Source: an uncultured Gemmatimonadales bacterium (lineage in GTDB: Bacteria; Gemmatimonadota; Gemmatimonadetes; Gemmatimonadales; GWC2-71-9). From it: DNA of 64,000 bases. The position numbers and the translations under genes were made by a program. The DNA is taken from the NCBI GenBank assembly GCA_963739455.1, contig CAVUAK010000001.1, positions 2,080,001 to 2,144,000 of the forward strand. The letters are read 5' to 3'. Below, one piece after another: positions 31,653-42,263 of the stretch; within the stretch, counting starts at the first letter, position 1, and the number at the start of each line of letters is the position of its first letter. A model generated the notes under the pieces. That model made no database searches. It saw only the letters and a program-made list of their open reading frames with translations, and was not told the origin of the DNA.

Positions 31653-32345
31653 CTACGCCTTGGTGGCCAGCTCCGCAAACTGCTCGCGGACCCACTGGAC
31701 CACCTCATCGATGCCCTGCTTCTGGCGCAGGCTGACCATGAGGAAGGGGCGCTCGCCCCGCATCTTCAGGCTATCCCGCCGCATCACGCCCAGGTCGGCC
31801 CCCACATGCGGTGCCAGGTCGATCTTGTTGATCACCAGCAGGTCGCTGTTGCAGATACCCGGGCCGCCCTTCCGCGGGATCTTGTCACCCTCCGCCACAT
31901 CGATGACGAAGATGAAGCGATCGGCGAGCTCACGGGAGAAGACTGCCGTGAGGTTGTCGCCGCCCGACTCGACCAGGACGAGCTCGAGGCCGGGGAACTG
32001 CCGCTGAAAGTTGGACACCGCGCTCAGGTTGGCACTGGCATCATCGCGGATGGCGGTGTGAGGGCAGCCGCCGGTCTGCACACCGACGATGCGCTCCACC
32101 GGCAACACCCCGCTGCGGGACAGGAACTCGGCGTCCTCGTGCGTATAGATGTCGTTGGTGATGACGGCAAGGTTGATCTCGGGCCACAGGACGCGGCAGA
32201 GTTCCTCCACCAATGCGGTCTTGCCGGAGCCTACCGGACCGGCGATACCGAGGGTGAAGACTGATCGCTTGGAGCCGGCATAGCGTGCCGCCCCGGGGGA
32301 GCCCATGTAGTCGGTGCTGTGGGAATGATCGTGGTCGTCGTGCAT
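31653..32345 (-). CDS. ureG: Urease accessory GTPase UreG
   Basis: [26 protein letters not shown]; His-rich N-terminus. Confidence 0.96.
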   Translation of the reverse strand: MHDDHDHSHSTDYMGSPGAARYAGSKRSVFTLGIAGPVGSGKTALVEELCRVLWPEINLAVITNDIYTHEDAEFLSRSGVLPVERIVGVQTGGCPHTAIRDDASANLSAVSNFQRQFPGLELVLVESGGDNLTAVFSRELADRFIFVIDVAEGDKIPRKGGPGICNSDLLVINKIDLAPHVGADLGVMRRDSLKMRGERPFLMVSLRQKQGIDEVVQWVREQFAELATKA

Positions 32346-32406
32346 GGCAGTCTCCAGGAAATGTTGGTCGCGGCGTCACTTCGCGGAGCGAGCGACCGGC
32401 CGAGTG

Positions 32407-33093
32407 TCAGGACCGGTACATCCGCGCATAGAGCCGGGTCTGTTCATCGCAAAGCACTTCATAAAACGGGCAGCCACTTCCTGCGGTTTCGGGCTCGCGA
32501 ATGCTGAGTGACGCTGCCAGTTCGCCGATGTCGTCCTGGAGATACGCCAGGACCTGCTGGCCATGGGTATGCCCCACCGGTATGGCGCGCACGCCAGCGC
32601 CAATCATGCCCAGTGCCGCCTGATGCAGGTAGGCGGTGAGGACTCCCTCGGGCTCTGCGCCTGCCAGCGCGCCGAGCAAACCGAACGTCACCGCGTGGTG
32701 CCAGCCCGATCCGTCGGTGCGCGCGTTGACATGCGGCGCGAGCGCCCGGGCGCTCCAGGGCCAGGTCATTGCCAGCGCGAGCAATTGCTCGCCCATCTCG
32801 CGACTCGCCCCACGGATCGAGGAGGGCACGATGGAGGCCTCCACGACCTCGTTCAGCGCCCGCACGTCGGCGGGGGTGCCTTCCCGCGCTGCCCGGCAGG
32901 CGGACGCCACCATGACGCCCTCGAGCGGCCCAAGGGACTCCCGGAGCCAGCGGCGCGTCCAGCGCTCAAGCGTCTCGGGATCGAACACGCGCCGCTGCGA
33001 GATGGCGGTCTCGAGACCCCAGGAATGCGTATAGCCGCCGATCGGCAGCGCCGAGTCAGCCAGCTGGAGCAATCGCACGTTGATGGGGATCAC
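32407..33093 (-). CDS. ureF: Urease accessory protein UreF
   Basis: LLQLADSALPIGGYTHSWGLE, C-terminal RLYARMYRS. Confidence 0.93.
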   Translation of the reverse strand: MIPINVRLLQLADSALPIGGYTHSWGLETAISQRRVFDPETLERWTRRWLRESLGPLEGVMVASACRAAREGTPADVRALNEVVEASIVPSSIRGASREMGEQLLALAMTWPWSARALAPHVNARTDGSGWHHAVTFGLLGALAGAEPEGVLTAYLHQAALGMIGAGVRAIPVGHTHGQQVLAYLQDDIGELAASLSIREPETAGSGCPFYEVLCDEQTRLYARMYRS

Positions 33094-33139
33094 GGCGCCT
33101 GGCCCGCCACTGCGCGGGCCAGGTGGTCTTTCTGCACCC

Positions 33140-34861
33140 TCAAAAGAGGAAGTACCGCTGGGTCATTGGAAGTGTCTTGAGCGGGTCGCTCCCGACCTTC
33201 TTGCCATCGACGGTGACCTGGTACGTATCAGGATCCACCTTGATCTTGGGCGTGGCCTCGTTCCGCTTCATGTCCTTCTTGCCGATGTTCCGGCAGTTCT
33301 TGACTGCCTGGAGTTCGCGCTGCAGGCCGTACTTCTCGCCCACGTTCTCGTCGAGCGCGGCCTGCGACACAAACGAGATGCAGGACTTCGACAGCGCGCG
33401 GCCATACGCCGCGAACTGCGGGCGCATCCAGACCGGCTGCGGTGTTGCGATGCTGGCGTTCGGGTCGCCCATCTGTGCCTGGACCAGGAGGCCGCCCTTG
33501 AGCACCAGGAACGGCTTCACGCCGAAGTACGCCGGCTCGTAGATGACGAGGTCGGCCAGCTTGCCCGCCTCGATGCTCCCCACGTGATCGGCGATGCCCT
33601 GCGCGATGGCGGGATTGATGGTGTACTTGGCGACGTAGCGCTTGACCCGCTCATTGTCGTTGCGCGAGCTGTCGCCCGCCAGGGGGCCGAACTGCACCTT
33701 CATCTTGTGGGCGGTCTGCCAGGTGCGCAGGATTGCCTCGCCGATGCGGCCCATGGCCTGGGAGTCCGAGCTCATGATGCTGATGATGCCGCGGTCGTGG
33801 AACACATCTTCCGCGCCGATCGTCTCGGCCCGGATCCGGCTCTCGGCGAAGGCCACGTCCTCGGGGATGTTCCGAGAGAGGTGGTGGCACACCATGAGCA
33901 TGTCGAGATGCTCGTCGATGGTGTTCACCGTGAACGGCCGGGTGGGGTTGGTGCTGGCCGGCAGGACGTTCGGCTCACCAGCGATCTTGATGATGTCCGG
34001 GGCGTGACCGCCACCAGCACCCTCGGTGTGGAAGCTGTGAATGGTGCGACCCTTGATGGCCCCGATCGTGTCATCGAGGAAGCCGCACTCATTCAGCGTA
34101 TCGGTATGGATGGCCACCTGGATGTCGTACTCGTCGGCCACCGTGAGGCTGGTGTCGATGACCGACAGGGTGGTGCCCCAGTCTTCGTGCAGCTTGAGCC
34201 CGCATGCGCCGGCCTTGATCATTTCGACGAGCGGACCGGGCAGGCTGCTGTTGCCCTTGCCCATGATGCCGACGTTGATCGGCAGTCCCTCGAAGGCCTG
34301 CAGCATCCGCATGATGTTCCAGGCACCGGGCGTACATGTCGTTGCCCATGTGCCGGTGGAAGAGCCGGTGCCGCCGCCGATCAGCGTGGTAATGCCGCTG
34401 GCCAGGGCAACCTCGATCTGCTGCGGACAGATAAAGTGAATGTGGGTGTCGACGCCGCCGGCGGTGACGATCTTGCCCTCACCCGCGATGATGTCCGTGG
34501 CGGGACCGATGACGATGCGCGGGTCGATGCCGCTCTGGGTGAGCGGGTTGCCGGACTTGCCAATGGCCACGATCCGCCCCTCGCGGATGCCGATGTCGCC
34601 CTTGACGATGCCCCAGTGGTCGATGATGATCGCGTTGGTGATGACCAGGTCGCAGTGCTTCGGGCTCAGCGGCTCCTCGAGGGCGCACTGGTCCTGGCCG
34701 TCGCGGATGGACTTGCCGCCGCCGAAGATCGACTCCTCGCCGTAGTCGCCGTAGTGCTCCTCGATCTCGATGATCAGGTCCGTATCGGCCAGGCGAATCC
34801 GGTCGCCGTCCGTCGGACCATACTTTTTCGCATACGCGCTGCGGGAAATTTTTACGCTCAT
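33140..34861 (-). CDS. ureC: Urease subunit alpha
   Basis: All Ni ligands and flap motifs present: [46 protein letters not shown]. Confidence 0.98.
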   Translation of the reverse strand: MSVKISRSAYAKKYGPTDGDRIRLADTDLIIEIEEHYGDYGEESIFGGGKSIRDGQDQCALEEPLSPKHCDLVITNAIIIDHWGIVKGDIGIREGRIVAIGKSGNPLTQSGIDPRIVIGPATDIIAGEGKIVTAGGVDTHIHFICPQQIEVALASGITTLIGGGTGSSTGTWATTCTPGAWNIMRMLQAFEGLPINVGIMGKGNSSLPGPLVEMIKAGACGLKLHEDWGTTLSVIDTSLTVADEYDIQVAIHTDTLNECGFLDDTIGAIKGRTIHSFHTEGAGGGHAPDIIKIAGEPNVLPASTNPTRPFTVNTIDEHLDMLMVCHHLSRNIPEDVAFAESRIRAETIGAEDVFHDRGIISIMSSDSQAMGRIGEAILRTWQTAHKMKVQFGPLAGDSSRNDNERVKRYVAKYTINPAIAQGIADHVGSIEAGKLADLVIYEPAYFGVKPFLVLKGGLLVQAQMGDPNASIATPQPVWMRPQFAAYGRALSKSCISFVSQAALDENVGEKYGLQRELQAVKNCRNIGKKDMKRNEATPKIKVDPDTYQVTVDGKKVGSDPLKTLPMTQRYFLF

Positions 34862-34906
34862 GGCTGGTTCGCCTTGCAGTTCAGGATGTGAGGTTGCGGG
34901 CCGGGT

Positions 34907-35287
34907 TCAGGGCTTCGACGGCTTGTGGCCGTATCCCTGCTCGACCAGGCGCTTCCAGCTGCTCTCCTTGGTGTACGGATCGTCCAGGCGGCCGTTGACC
35001 AGCGCATTGAAGCCATAGACGATGCGTCGCCCGGCGAGCGGAACCAGCTTCACGGTCTTCTTGTCGCCCGGCTCAAAGCGAACCGATGTTCCGCTCGGAA
35101 GGTCGGGTCGCATGCCATAGGCCTTCTTCCGGTCGAACACCAGCGCCTTGTTGACCTCGAAGAAGTGATAGTGGGCGCCGATCTGGACGGGCCGGTCGCC
35201 GGTGTTATTGACGGTAATCGTGACGACTGGACGACCGGCGTTGAGCTCGAGGTCGTCCTTGTCGAAGAAGTATTCGCCCGGAATCAT
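34907..35287 (-). CDS. ureB: Urease subunit beta
   Basis: [34 protein letters not shown]. Confidence 0.97.
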   Translation of the reverse strand: MIPGEYFFDKDDLELNAGRPVVTITVNNTGDRPVQIGAHYHFFEVNKALVFDRKKAYGMRPDLPSGTSVRFEPGDKKTVKLVPLAGRRIVYGFNALVNGRLDDPYTKESSWKRLVEQGYGHKPSKP

Positions 35288-35319
35288 GTTTGCTCCCTGT
35301 CAGCCTGGTGCGGCCGGCG

Positions 35320-35622
35320 CTAGTGGATCGGATCGTGGACGGTGACCAGCTTGCTGCCGTCAGGGAATGTGGGTTCGACCTGGATCATGGAGATCATCTC
35401 CGCGACGCCTTCCATGACGTCCTTCTTCTTGAGGATGCCGCGACCCAACGTCATGATCTCGGCGACCGACTTGCCGTCGCGGGCCATCTCCATCAGTTCG
35501 GCGGTGATCAGGGCGATCGCCTCGGGAACGTTGAGCTTGAGGCCACGCTCCTTCCGCGCCCGGGCCACCTGAGCAGCCGTGAAGATGAGAAGTTTGTCGC
35601 GTTCCTGGGGCGAGAGATTCAT
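35320..35622 (-). CDS. ureA: Urease subunit gamma
   Basis: [34 protein letters not shown]. Confidence 0.97.
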   Translation of the reverse strand: MNLSPQERDKLLIFTAAQVARARKERGLKLNVPEAIALITAELMEMARDGKSVAEIMTLGRGILKKKDVMEGVAEMISMIQVEPTFPDGSKLVTVHDPIH

Positions 35623-35665
35623 GGGCTACTCCAATGCGTGAAGACCTGCCGTGAAACGATCGGTG

Positions 35666-36631
35666 CTACGCCGCTGCTCCGGTGTGGTACTTGCCCTCGA
35701 GCCACCCGATGCACATGACCAGCCAGGTCGCGAGCACGAACGGGGCAGTGAGGGCCGGCAAACCCAGCAACGGCACGAACTCCGTGAGCGGCACTGAGAG
35801 GATGATGCCAAGCACGGGTGGAATGAGCGACTTCCGCCAGAGGGAGAGTGCGACCGCGGCCAGCGTCGCGTTGTAGCCGTAGAGGCCGAGCGCGATGTTC
35901 TCGAACTGCGCGCGGTCGATGAGGCGCTCGGGATCGAGGCCCCTGGCCCCGGCCGCGAGGTGATAGCTGGCGACGAGCATGCCGACGACGGCACCCAGCA
36001 GCACCCATGCGGCGTGCTTCCTGTCACTGATGAAGATGCCGACAAGAAAGAGTACCCCGGTCCACACGCTGCCCTGGAACATCACCTGACCGATGCCGTG
36101 TGCCGTGGCCTCGATGAAGGGATGCACCGGAAGGTTGGGAACGAGCAGCGCGGCCCCGGGATCGGTGCCGGCGGCGTTCAACGCCCGGCCCAGAAAGAAG
36201 ATGACCCAGGTCGTGACAATGAATGGTGAGGTGTAGGTCGGGAATGGAACCTGCGCGCGCATCAGCCGCGTGAGCACTGTCGCCGCGACGCAACCGACCA
36301 GCAACAGGGCAATGCTGATGGCCGAAGGCTGGAAAAAGAAAAAGGTTGCAATTCCAACCAATGTGGAATTGAAACCGTAGATCCCGGCTGTGAGCTCGCC
36401 CTTGTCAAACTTCAGTTGCGAGGCTGTCACCGTACCGACAATTGCGCCGATGACGGCGCCGAGGGCCATCAGCGGTGAACTCATCGCGATGCCCGCCACG
36501 AACAGCGCGCCGGTGAGCGCATTTTCCTGGAAGAAGACCTGCCCGATGCCCCGCAACACCACGAGCACCGGCTGGGGAATACTGGAGGACTGCGACGACG
36601 CAGCGGGACTAGCAGTACTCGCTCTTGTCAT
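35666..36631 (-). CDS. Urea transporter (UT/Yut family channel)
   Basis: Duplicated GIGQV, GIYGFN/GLYGYN, FPTYTSPF/LPALTAPF motifs. Confidence 0.92.
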   Translation of the reverse strand: MTRASTASPAASSQSSSIPQPVLVVLRGIGQVFFQENALTGALFVAGIAMSSPLMALGAVIGAIVGTVTASQLKFDKGELTAGIYGFNSTLVGIATFFFFQPSAISIALLLVGCVAATVLTRLMRAQVPFPTYTSPFIVTTWVIFFLGRALNAAGTDPGAALLVPNLPVHPFIEATAHGIGQVMFQGSVWTGVLFLVGIFISDRKHAAWVLLGAVVGMLVASYHLAAGARGLDPERLIDRAQFENIALGLYGYNATLAAVALSLWRKSLIPPVLGIILSVPLTEFVPLLGLPALTAPFVLATWLVMCIGWLEGKYHTGAAA

Positions 36632-36693
36632 ACGACTCCACGCTGGGCATCGTGATCTTCACCGCACCACCCCAAAATCCACCACCGCTTGGT

Positions 36694-36722
36694 ATTATCC
36701 CGCGCCCCGGTTCGCACCGCAA
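36694..36722 (-). promoter_or_regulatory. Sigma70-type promoter for the urea transporter-ure operon
   Basis: TTGCGG-N17-GATAAT. Confidence 0.55.
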
Positions 36723-36741
36723 GCCCCGACGTGACTCGCGC

Positions 36742-38535
36742 TCAGAGTCGCCAGTACAACGGCACCATGAAGACCGACACGATGAAGAACCATATCATGC
36801 AGGGAACACCGAGCTTCCAGTAGTCACCGAATCGATACCCACCTGGTGCCATCACGATAAGGTTGGATGGTGTTGCGACCGGTGTAAGGAACGATGCACC
36901 CGCGGCCACGGTGAGGCTGATCAGCACGCTTCGTGGTGAAACGCCCATGCCGGTCGCCGCCGCGATGGCCACGGGGGCCAGGATGAGTCCCGTGGCGGTG
37001 TTGCTGATGAGCTGTCCGAGGATCGCGGTGAGCACGAAAATGCCGGCCAGCAGGGCACGAGGTCCCGCATCGCCGATGATGCCGAGCAGCGTGTCCGCCA
37101 TGAGCTGCGCCGCGCCCGTCTTGGCCATTGCGGTGGAGAGCGGGAACATGCCGCCTTGAAGGAGGCAGGTCGTCCAGTCGATTCCCTTGTAGGCCTGGGG
37201 CACGGTCAGGACGCCGGTCAGGACCATCGCCAGGCTGCAGACGAGCGCGGCAATGGCCTTCGGGACCACACCCGTGGCAAGGAGGACGACCAGCAGCAGC
37301 AGGATCGCGATGGCCGGGCGTGCGCCCGGTCCGAGCGCCACCGCCTGGCGCCGCACCACGTCGGGCGAATCGACCACGAGCATCTGCGGATCGGCCAGCT
37401 GCTCATCGAGCGCCGCCCACGTGCCCTGCAGCAGCAGGTGATCGCCGGGAGCGAGCGTGGTCGGCGCTGCGCCGAGATCCTCGCCGCCCCGCTGCACGGC
37501 GAGGACCATGAGGTCGCCCCCGGGTGTTGTCATGCCGGGGAACATCTGCTCGCCGACCAGCTTGGATCGCGGTGGTATCACCACTTCAGCCAGGCCCGAA
37601 CTCCGGTTGAACAGGGTCTCGGCGACGCCACCTTCCTCCGAGCGGACGGCGAGATGCTTGTCGGTGGCCAGTTTTCCCGCGGTCCCGGCATCACCGCGAA
37701 GCAGCAGCATATCGCCCACGGCCAGTGTCGCGCGCCCCGGCCTGCCAGCCTGAACCGACACGAGGCTCAATCCCGGGTACGCGCCAAGGTCGATTGCATC
37801 GCGCGACTCACCGACCCAAGGCGACGTCTCCCGCACCTTGAGGCGGTGCATCCCGTCCTCGAGGCGATACTGTTCGACGAGGGTGTTGGCATGGGCACTG
37901 AAATCGGCCGGAAGCGTGGTGCTCGAGCGCTCGGGGAGCAGGCGTTCACCGAGGAGCAGCGTGATCACGAGGATCCCGATGACCAGTGGAATGCCCGCAA
38001 TGGCGAGCTCGAAAAAGCCGAATGGCCGCAGGCCCGCCTCCTCGGCGGTGCGGGAGATGACCACGTTGACGGTGCCGCCCGCCAGCGTCAGCAGCGCGCC
38101 GGCGCTCGACCCGAAGGCGAGCGGTATGAGCAGCTTCGACGGCGAGCGGCCCATGCGCAGGGCCGCGATGATGACGACCGGCACCAGCGCGGCGGTGGCG
38201 CCGATGAGCCCGATGAGGCCGCTCATGATGCCGACGAGCAGCATCATCAGCACGATGAGGCGGGTGCGGCTCGTGCCGGCCTTCTTGACCAGGAGCTGCC
38301 CCGCCCAGGTGGTGACACCGGTCGACTCGAGTCCGGCGCTCACGACGAAGAGCCCGGCGATGAAGACCACGACGGGATCACCGAGCCCCGCCAGCGTCTC
38401 GTGCGCGCTCAGCACGCCGGAGAAGTAGAGCGCCAGCGGTGTAATGAGCGCCACGACCGCCACCGGGATCTTGTTCCAGACGAACAGGACCACGGTCACT
38501 GCGACGATGGCGAAGGTGATGGTGATCTGGCTCAT
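36742..38535 (-). CDS. SLC13/CitMHS-type permease with two TrkA-C domains
   Basis: SPSKLLIPL, central RCK-C repeats, ISNTAT, SFLTPVATPSN, GGYRFGDYWKLG. ATG overlaps the ispE stop. Confidence 0.88.
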   Translation of the reverse strand: MSQITITFAIVAVTVVLFVWNKIPVAVVALITPLALYFSGVLSAHETLAGLGDPVVVFIAGLFVVSAGLESTGVTTWAGQLLVKKAGTSRTRLIVLMMLLVGIMSGLIGLIGATAALVPVVIIAALRMGRSPSKLLIPLAFGSSAGALLTLAGGTVNVVISRTAEEAGLRPFGFFELAIAGIPLVIGILVITLLLGERLLPERSSTTLPADFSAHANTLVEQYRLEDGMHRLKVRETSPWVGESRDAIDLGAYPGLSLVSVQAGRPGRATLAVGDMLLLRGDAGTAGKLATDKHLAVRSEEGGVAETLFNRSSGLAEVVIPPRSKLVGEQMFPGMTTPGGDLMVLAVQRGGEDLGAAPTTLAPGDHLLLQGTWAALDEQLADPQMLVVDSPDVVRRQAVALGPGARPAIAILLLLVVLLATGVVPKAIAALVCSLAMVLTGVLTVPQAYKGIDWTTCLLQGGMFPLSTAMAKTGAAQLMADTLLGIIGDAGPRALLAGIFVLTAILGQLISNTATGLILAPVAIAAATGMGVSPRSVLISLTVAAGASFLTPVATPSNLIVMAPGGYRFGDYWKLGVPCMIWFFIVSVFMVPLYWRL

Positions 38536-39404
38536 GCGGGCGGTGCCTCCATCGTCATGACGGGCCGGACCTCGCCGTGCTTCCGCCCCAGCATCATTGC
38601 GGCGTCATCACGCTCGCGCAACGATCGGTAGATCGCAAACAACGTCGATCCTGACCCGGTCATGCGGCACACGAGCGGGTGCGTGGTGCAGAGCGCCTCG
38701 AATGCCGCCCGCACAACAGGCAATCGCGCGAAGACCACCGACTCGAAGTCGTTGCCCGCCATCCGCCCGATGCTGCCCCACGAGGACAATGCGTCGAGGT
38801 CGAGGGCCAGCGCGCCGCGCCGCCCGTCGTGCTTCCTTGCAGCAGAAACCCAGCCGTAGGCCTCCGCGGTGCTGACGCCGACCGGTGGCGTGACGAGCAG
38901 GGCGGGGGCGGCCGGCAATTGCGGCAGGCGAAGGAGCCGTTCTCCGTGGCCCCATCCCAGTGCGAGCGGGGCCTGGGCCACGAAGAAGGCGACGTCGCTG
39001 CCCAGGCGCGCGGCGAACTGCAGGAGCTCGTGACGCGGCACGGCATTCCCCGCGAGCTGGTTCACGGCCATGAGCGCTGCGGCACCGTCACTTGACCCGC
39101 CGCCAAGGCCGGCACGGACGGGAATCCGCTTCACGAGATGGAGCTTGAGACCGAAGGGGTGACCGATCGCGTCGAGCACGAGGGTCGCCGCCTTGAACGC
39201 GGTGTTGTGGATGAAGGGACCGGTATCGGCGCCCTCAACCGTGAGGTGTATCTCGCGATTGTCGGTCCGCTCAGCGACAACGGTGTCGTGGAGGTCGAGC
39301 AGCGCGAAGATCGTCTCGAGCCCGTGGTAGCCGTCGTCTTCCCGCGCCAGTACCCGCAGGAGCAGGTTGATCTTCGCATGGGCCCTCACCTCGACGGCGT
39401 TCAT
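38532..39404 (-). CDS. ispE: 4-diphosphocytidyl-2C-methyl-D-erythritol kinase
   Basis: AHAKINL, KRIPVRAGLGGGSSD, LGSDV, NDFE, MTGSGST. Confidence 0.95.
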   Translation of the reverse strand: MNAVEVRAHAKINLLLRVLAREDDGYHGLETIFALLDLHDTVVAERTDNREIHLTVEGADTGPFIHNTAFKAATLVLDAIGHPFGLKLHLVKRIPVRAGLGGGSSDGAAALMAVNQLAGNAVPRHELLQFAARLGSDVAFFVAQAPLALGWGHGERLLRLPQLPAAPALLVTPPVGVSTAEAYGWVSAARKHDGRRGALALDLDALSSWGSIGRMAGNDFESVVFARLPVVRAAFEALCTTHPLVCRMTGSGSTLFAIYRSLRERDDAAMMLGRKHGEVRPVMTMEAPPA

Positions 39405-40433
39405 TTCTTCGTCTGGGCGCGGATGTCGCGGAAGGCGATCGGGCTGATCGCGAGGGAGATGAGCCCCAGCAGGGTAACGGGCAGCAGCGTGCTGATGTGG
39501 TAGGTGACGGCGTAGGAAAAGCCCGTCGTATCGGACACCCCGAAGAGGCCGAGCACGGCCACGATCGACGCCTCGAACGGACCGAAGTATCCCGGCGTCG
39601 ATGGCACGGCGATGCCGAACGCCATGGCGCTCTGCAGCAGCAGCGCTCCCCCGAACGTGACGTTGATGTTGAACGCGAAGAACATGGCGTAGAACGACGC
39701 CGCACTCACGAGCCACATCACCAGCGACCAGAATACCACCCCCGCCAGCCGGGCAGGCGAGCGCAGGCCGCTCAGGCCCATCGGCGATGCCGTGACTGAT
39801 GGAGACGAGGCCAGCCTGGATCCTGCCCTCGGGGAGCACGGCCCGGATGACACGTTCCATCAACTCAGGCCGGGCGATGATGGCGGCGCCGACCGCGACG
39901 GCGAACAGGGCGCCAATGCCGGCATACGTCGCGATGCGCGCCAGCGGGATGCCGGCGATCACCGTCGACACCGGAAGGTTGGAGAGGAGGAGCCCCGCCG
40001 AAAGCAGCAACACCAGCGTCAGGGCGTCGAACACTCGCTCGACCACGAGCGAGGTGATCGCGCCGGTCAGCCGCACGTGTCCCAGGGTGGAGATGGCATA
40101 GGCCCGCACCAGTTCACCGGCGCGCAGCGGCAGCAGGTTGTTGGCCATGAAGCCCATGGCGACCGCATGCCAGCGCGGCCAGAAGGGCACGTCGACGCCG
40201 GTGTCGGCGCGGAGCAGCAGCTTCCACCGCACGGCCCGCAAGACAAAGGATCCAGTGGCCAGCAGCACCCCGACGAGCACCGGGATGGGCCTGGCGGTGC
40301 GGATCTCGGCGGCCATCTCGCTGAAGTTGACGTTGCGCATCGCCCAGGCCAGCAGGGCGACGGAGACTACGATACCGATGACGGCAGTCCACAGATGGCG
40401 GCGATTGCCGCCGGCCGGGTCAGCGGCCGTCAA
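39401..40433 (-). CDS. Lysylphosphatidylglycerol-synthase-TM (UPF0104) flippase-like protein (frameshift near 39790)
   Basis: RAVRW, GFMANNLLPLRAGE, VVERVFD, PSTPGYFGPFE. Confidence 0.85.
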
Positions 40434-42195
40434 GGGCGAGCGGGATGAGGTCGAGCAGCTCGTCGAGGAGGGGGCGCACGACGGCAACATGCTGGCCGCG
40501 CGCCAGCTGGGCACGCATCTCGTTTCGCACTTCGGCGGCGCGGAGCAGCGCGGGGCGGCCGCGATACAGCAGGTCATCGATGGAGACGATGGGAGGCGCC
40601 GCCATCACGGCGGCAGGGGCGGTACCCAGGAGTTCCGTGAGTGATGCCTCGCCCACGCCGAGCTGGTGCAGCAGCGAAGAGTAGGAAAGCAGGCTTGCCT
40701 CGAAGATGGTGGGAGGCCGATCGGCGGGCTCGACGATGGCAGTGACCACCTCGACTGCCTCGACCTCAACCACTTCAACGGCGCCATCGACGTCGATGAC
40801 GGTCGCCTCGATCGCTTCCGCCTTGATAAAGGTGAAATCGTCGATGGCAGGCGCGTCGGGCGCGAGCGACTCGATGGGCACGACCTCGTCGAGCAGCGCC
40901 ATGATCTCCGGGTCGGGTGGCTCCAGGGCCTCGCTGTCCGGGGCGAGCGTCTCGATGTCGACGACCGGCGCCAGCGTGGGCGGTGCTTCGGCTGTCGAGC
41001 CGGCACGGAGGGTCTCCACCGCCATGGCCCAGTCGTCGCGGCCAGGCGCCGCAGCATCAGCGGCACCGCGAAGGAGTTCTCCCACACGACGCAACTGATC
41101 CGCGAAACCGGTCGCGTTTGCGCTCGCGTCACCATTCGCAATGCGCGACCGGGCGAGCGACGCCCAGTCACTGACGGGCAAGGTCAATTCCCTGGCGCCG
41201 GCGCCAAGTGCGCCCAGTGGGGCGAGGAGCCCGAGCAGCCGGAGGTCGCGCTCGGTGCTGCTCTTCGAGCCGGAAATCCGGTCGGCCACCTGGGAGAGGA
41301 ACTCACCATGGCTGACGAGCTCCACCGCGCCGAGCGCAAATCGACTGCGGGCACCCTGTGCGGCGGGCTCGCCCTCGAACACGAGCGACTCGATGGCCAC
41401 CACATCCTCGTCGTCGGCGAGCGTGCGCCTGAGCAGGTCGGCGAAACGGCGCGCCTCGGGCGCGTCGGCAGTGGGCTGGCCGTTTTCCGTCACGTCGCGG
41501 CACACCCGGCTCAGGGCGTGGGCCGCGGCGTCCACCATGTCCGGGGCGCCCGCCGACGGGGCAAAGGAGCGCGCCAGTTCTCCCACTGCGAGCTCTACAC
41601 CGTCGAGGATCTCGGGAAGCGGTGCAAACTCGGCGAGCTCGGCGAGGCCGCGCAGCTGCTGCATGCGCCGCAGCACGGCATGCAGCGCCTCGCGGGAGTC
41701 GGTGGAGGTGCGCATGGCCCTGGCGGCGCGGTCGAGTGCGCTGGCGATGAGGGCACCCTCGCGCGCCACGAAGGCCCGGACGCCGGTCTGCGCGCTTCCT
41801 GCGCCGGTTGGCGCCGGCGTTGCGGCCTGCCCGGTCATGCGCTCGAGGTCGGTGGCGATGCGGCGGGCGCGGGCGGTGTCGCCATCGCTCCATTGACCCA
41901 CGCGACGGACGAGCGCACGAAAGTCGTCCACCACCTGCAGCGCCATCTCGCGCGTGGCGGCGTCCCAGGGGCGGAGTCCGTCGCGGATCCCTCGAGCAAG
42001 CGCCTCGAATGCGGCCCCCGCCTGCGCTACCGGCTGGAGGTTGGCCATCAGCGCCGCGCCGCGCAGCAGTCGCACCTGCCGCACGAACTCCTCTCCTGAC
42101 ACGCCTTCGGGGCGCGCCAGCAACGCCTCGAGGCGGTTCAGGCATTCGCCTGCCTCGAGGGTGAAGAAGTCGGTTGTGCCGAGCGAGTGGCTCAT
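40420..42195 (-). CDS. Hypothetical protein with degenerate Hpt-like helical domains
   Basis: FFTLEAGECL..LE...RLLRGAALMA resembles an Hpt domain without its His; acidic linker. Confidence 0.65.
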   Translation of the reverse strand: MSHSLGTTDFFTLEAGECLNRLEALLARPEGVSGEEFVRQVRLLRGAALMANLQPVAQAGAAFEALARGIRDGLRPWDAATREMALQVVDDFRALVRRVGQWSDGDTARARRIATDLERMTGQAATPAPTGAGSAQTGVRAFVAREGALIASALDRAARAMRTSTDSREALHAVLRRMQQLRGLAELAEFAPLPEILDGVELAVGELARSFAPSAGAPDMVDAAAHALSRVCRDVTENGQPTADAPEARRFADLLRRTLADDEDVVAIESLVFEGEPAAQGARSRFALGAVELVSHGEFLSQVADRISGSKSSTERDLRLLGLLAPLGALGAGARELTLPVSDWASLARSRIANGDASANATGFADQLRRVGELLRGAADAAAPGRDDWAMAVETLRAGSTAEAPPTLAPVVDIETLAPDSEALEPPDPEIMALLDEVVPIESLAPDAPAIDDFTFIKAEAIEATVIDVDGAVEVVEVEAVEVVTAIVEPADRPPTIFEASLLSYSSLLHQLGVGEASLTELLGTAPAAVMAAPPIVSIDDLLYRGRPALLRAAEVRNEMRAQLARGQHVAVVRPLLDELLDLIPLALDGR

Positions 42196-42263
42196 GAGGC
42201 GCTGTTGGGTCCGTGGGAAGTGCCGTGAAGACTAGGCCGCGTGAAACATCGGAGCAAGGACAT

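Larger units (their letters stand above)
23219..38535. other. Accessory urease/guanidine-hydrolase/nickel island between ispE and tRNA-Gln
   Basis: Functionally coherent block interrupting the widespread ispE-tRNA-Gln-prs order. No integrase or att repeat seen. Confidence 0.75.

Noticed and set aside
33080..34891. Long antisense ORFs (here, 557-2599, 19436-21514, 27283-28743 and others)
   Set aside because: Shadow frames of real genes, as expected at high GC; no recognisable motifs.
38532..40577. Flippase-IspE fusion (681-aa ORF)
   Set aside because: Artefact of the frameshift near 39790. The flippase has its own stop overlapping the ispE ATG.
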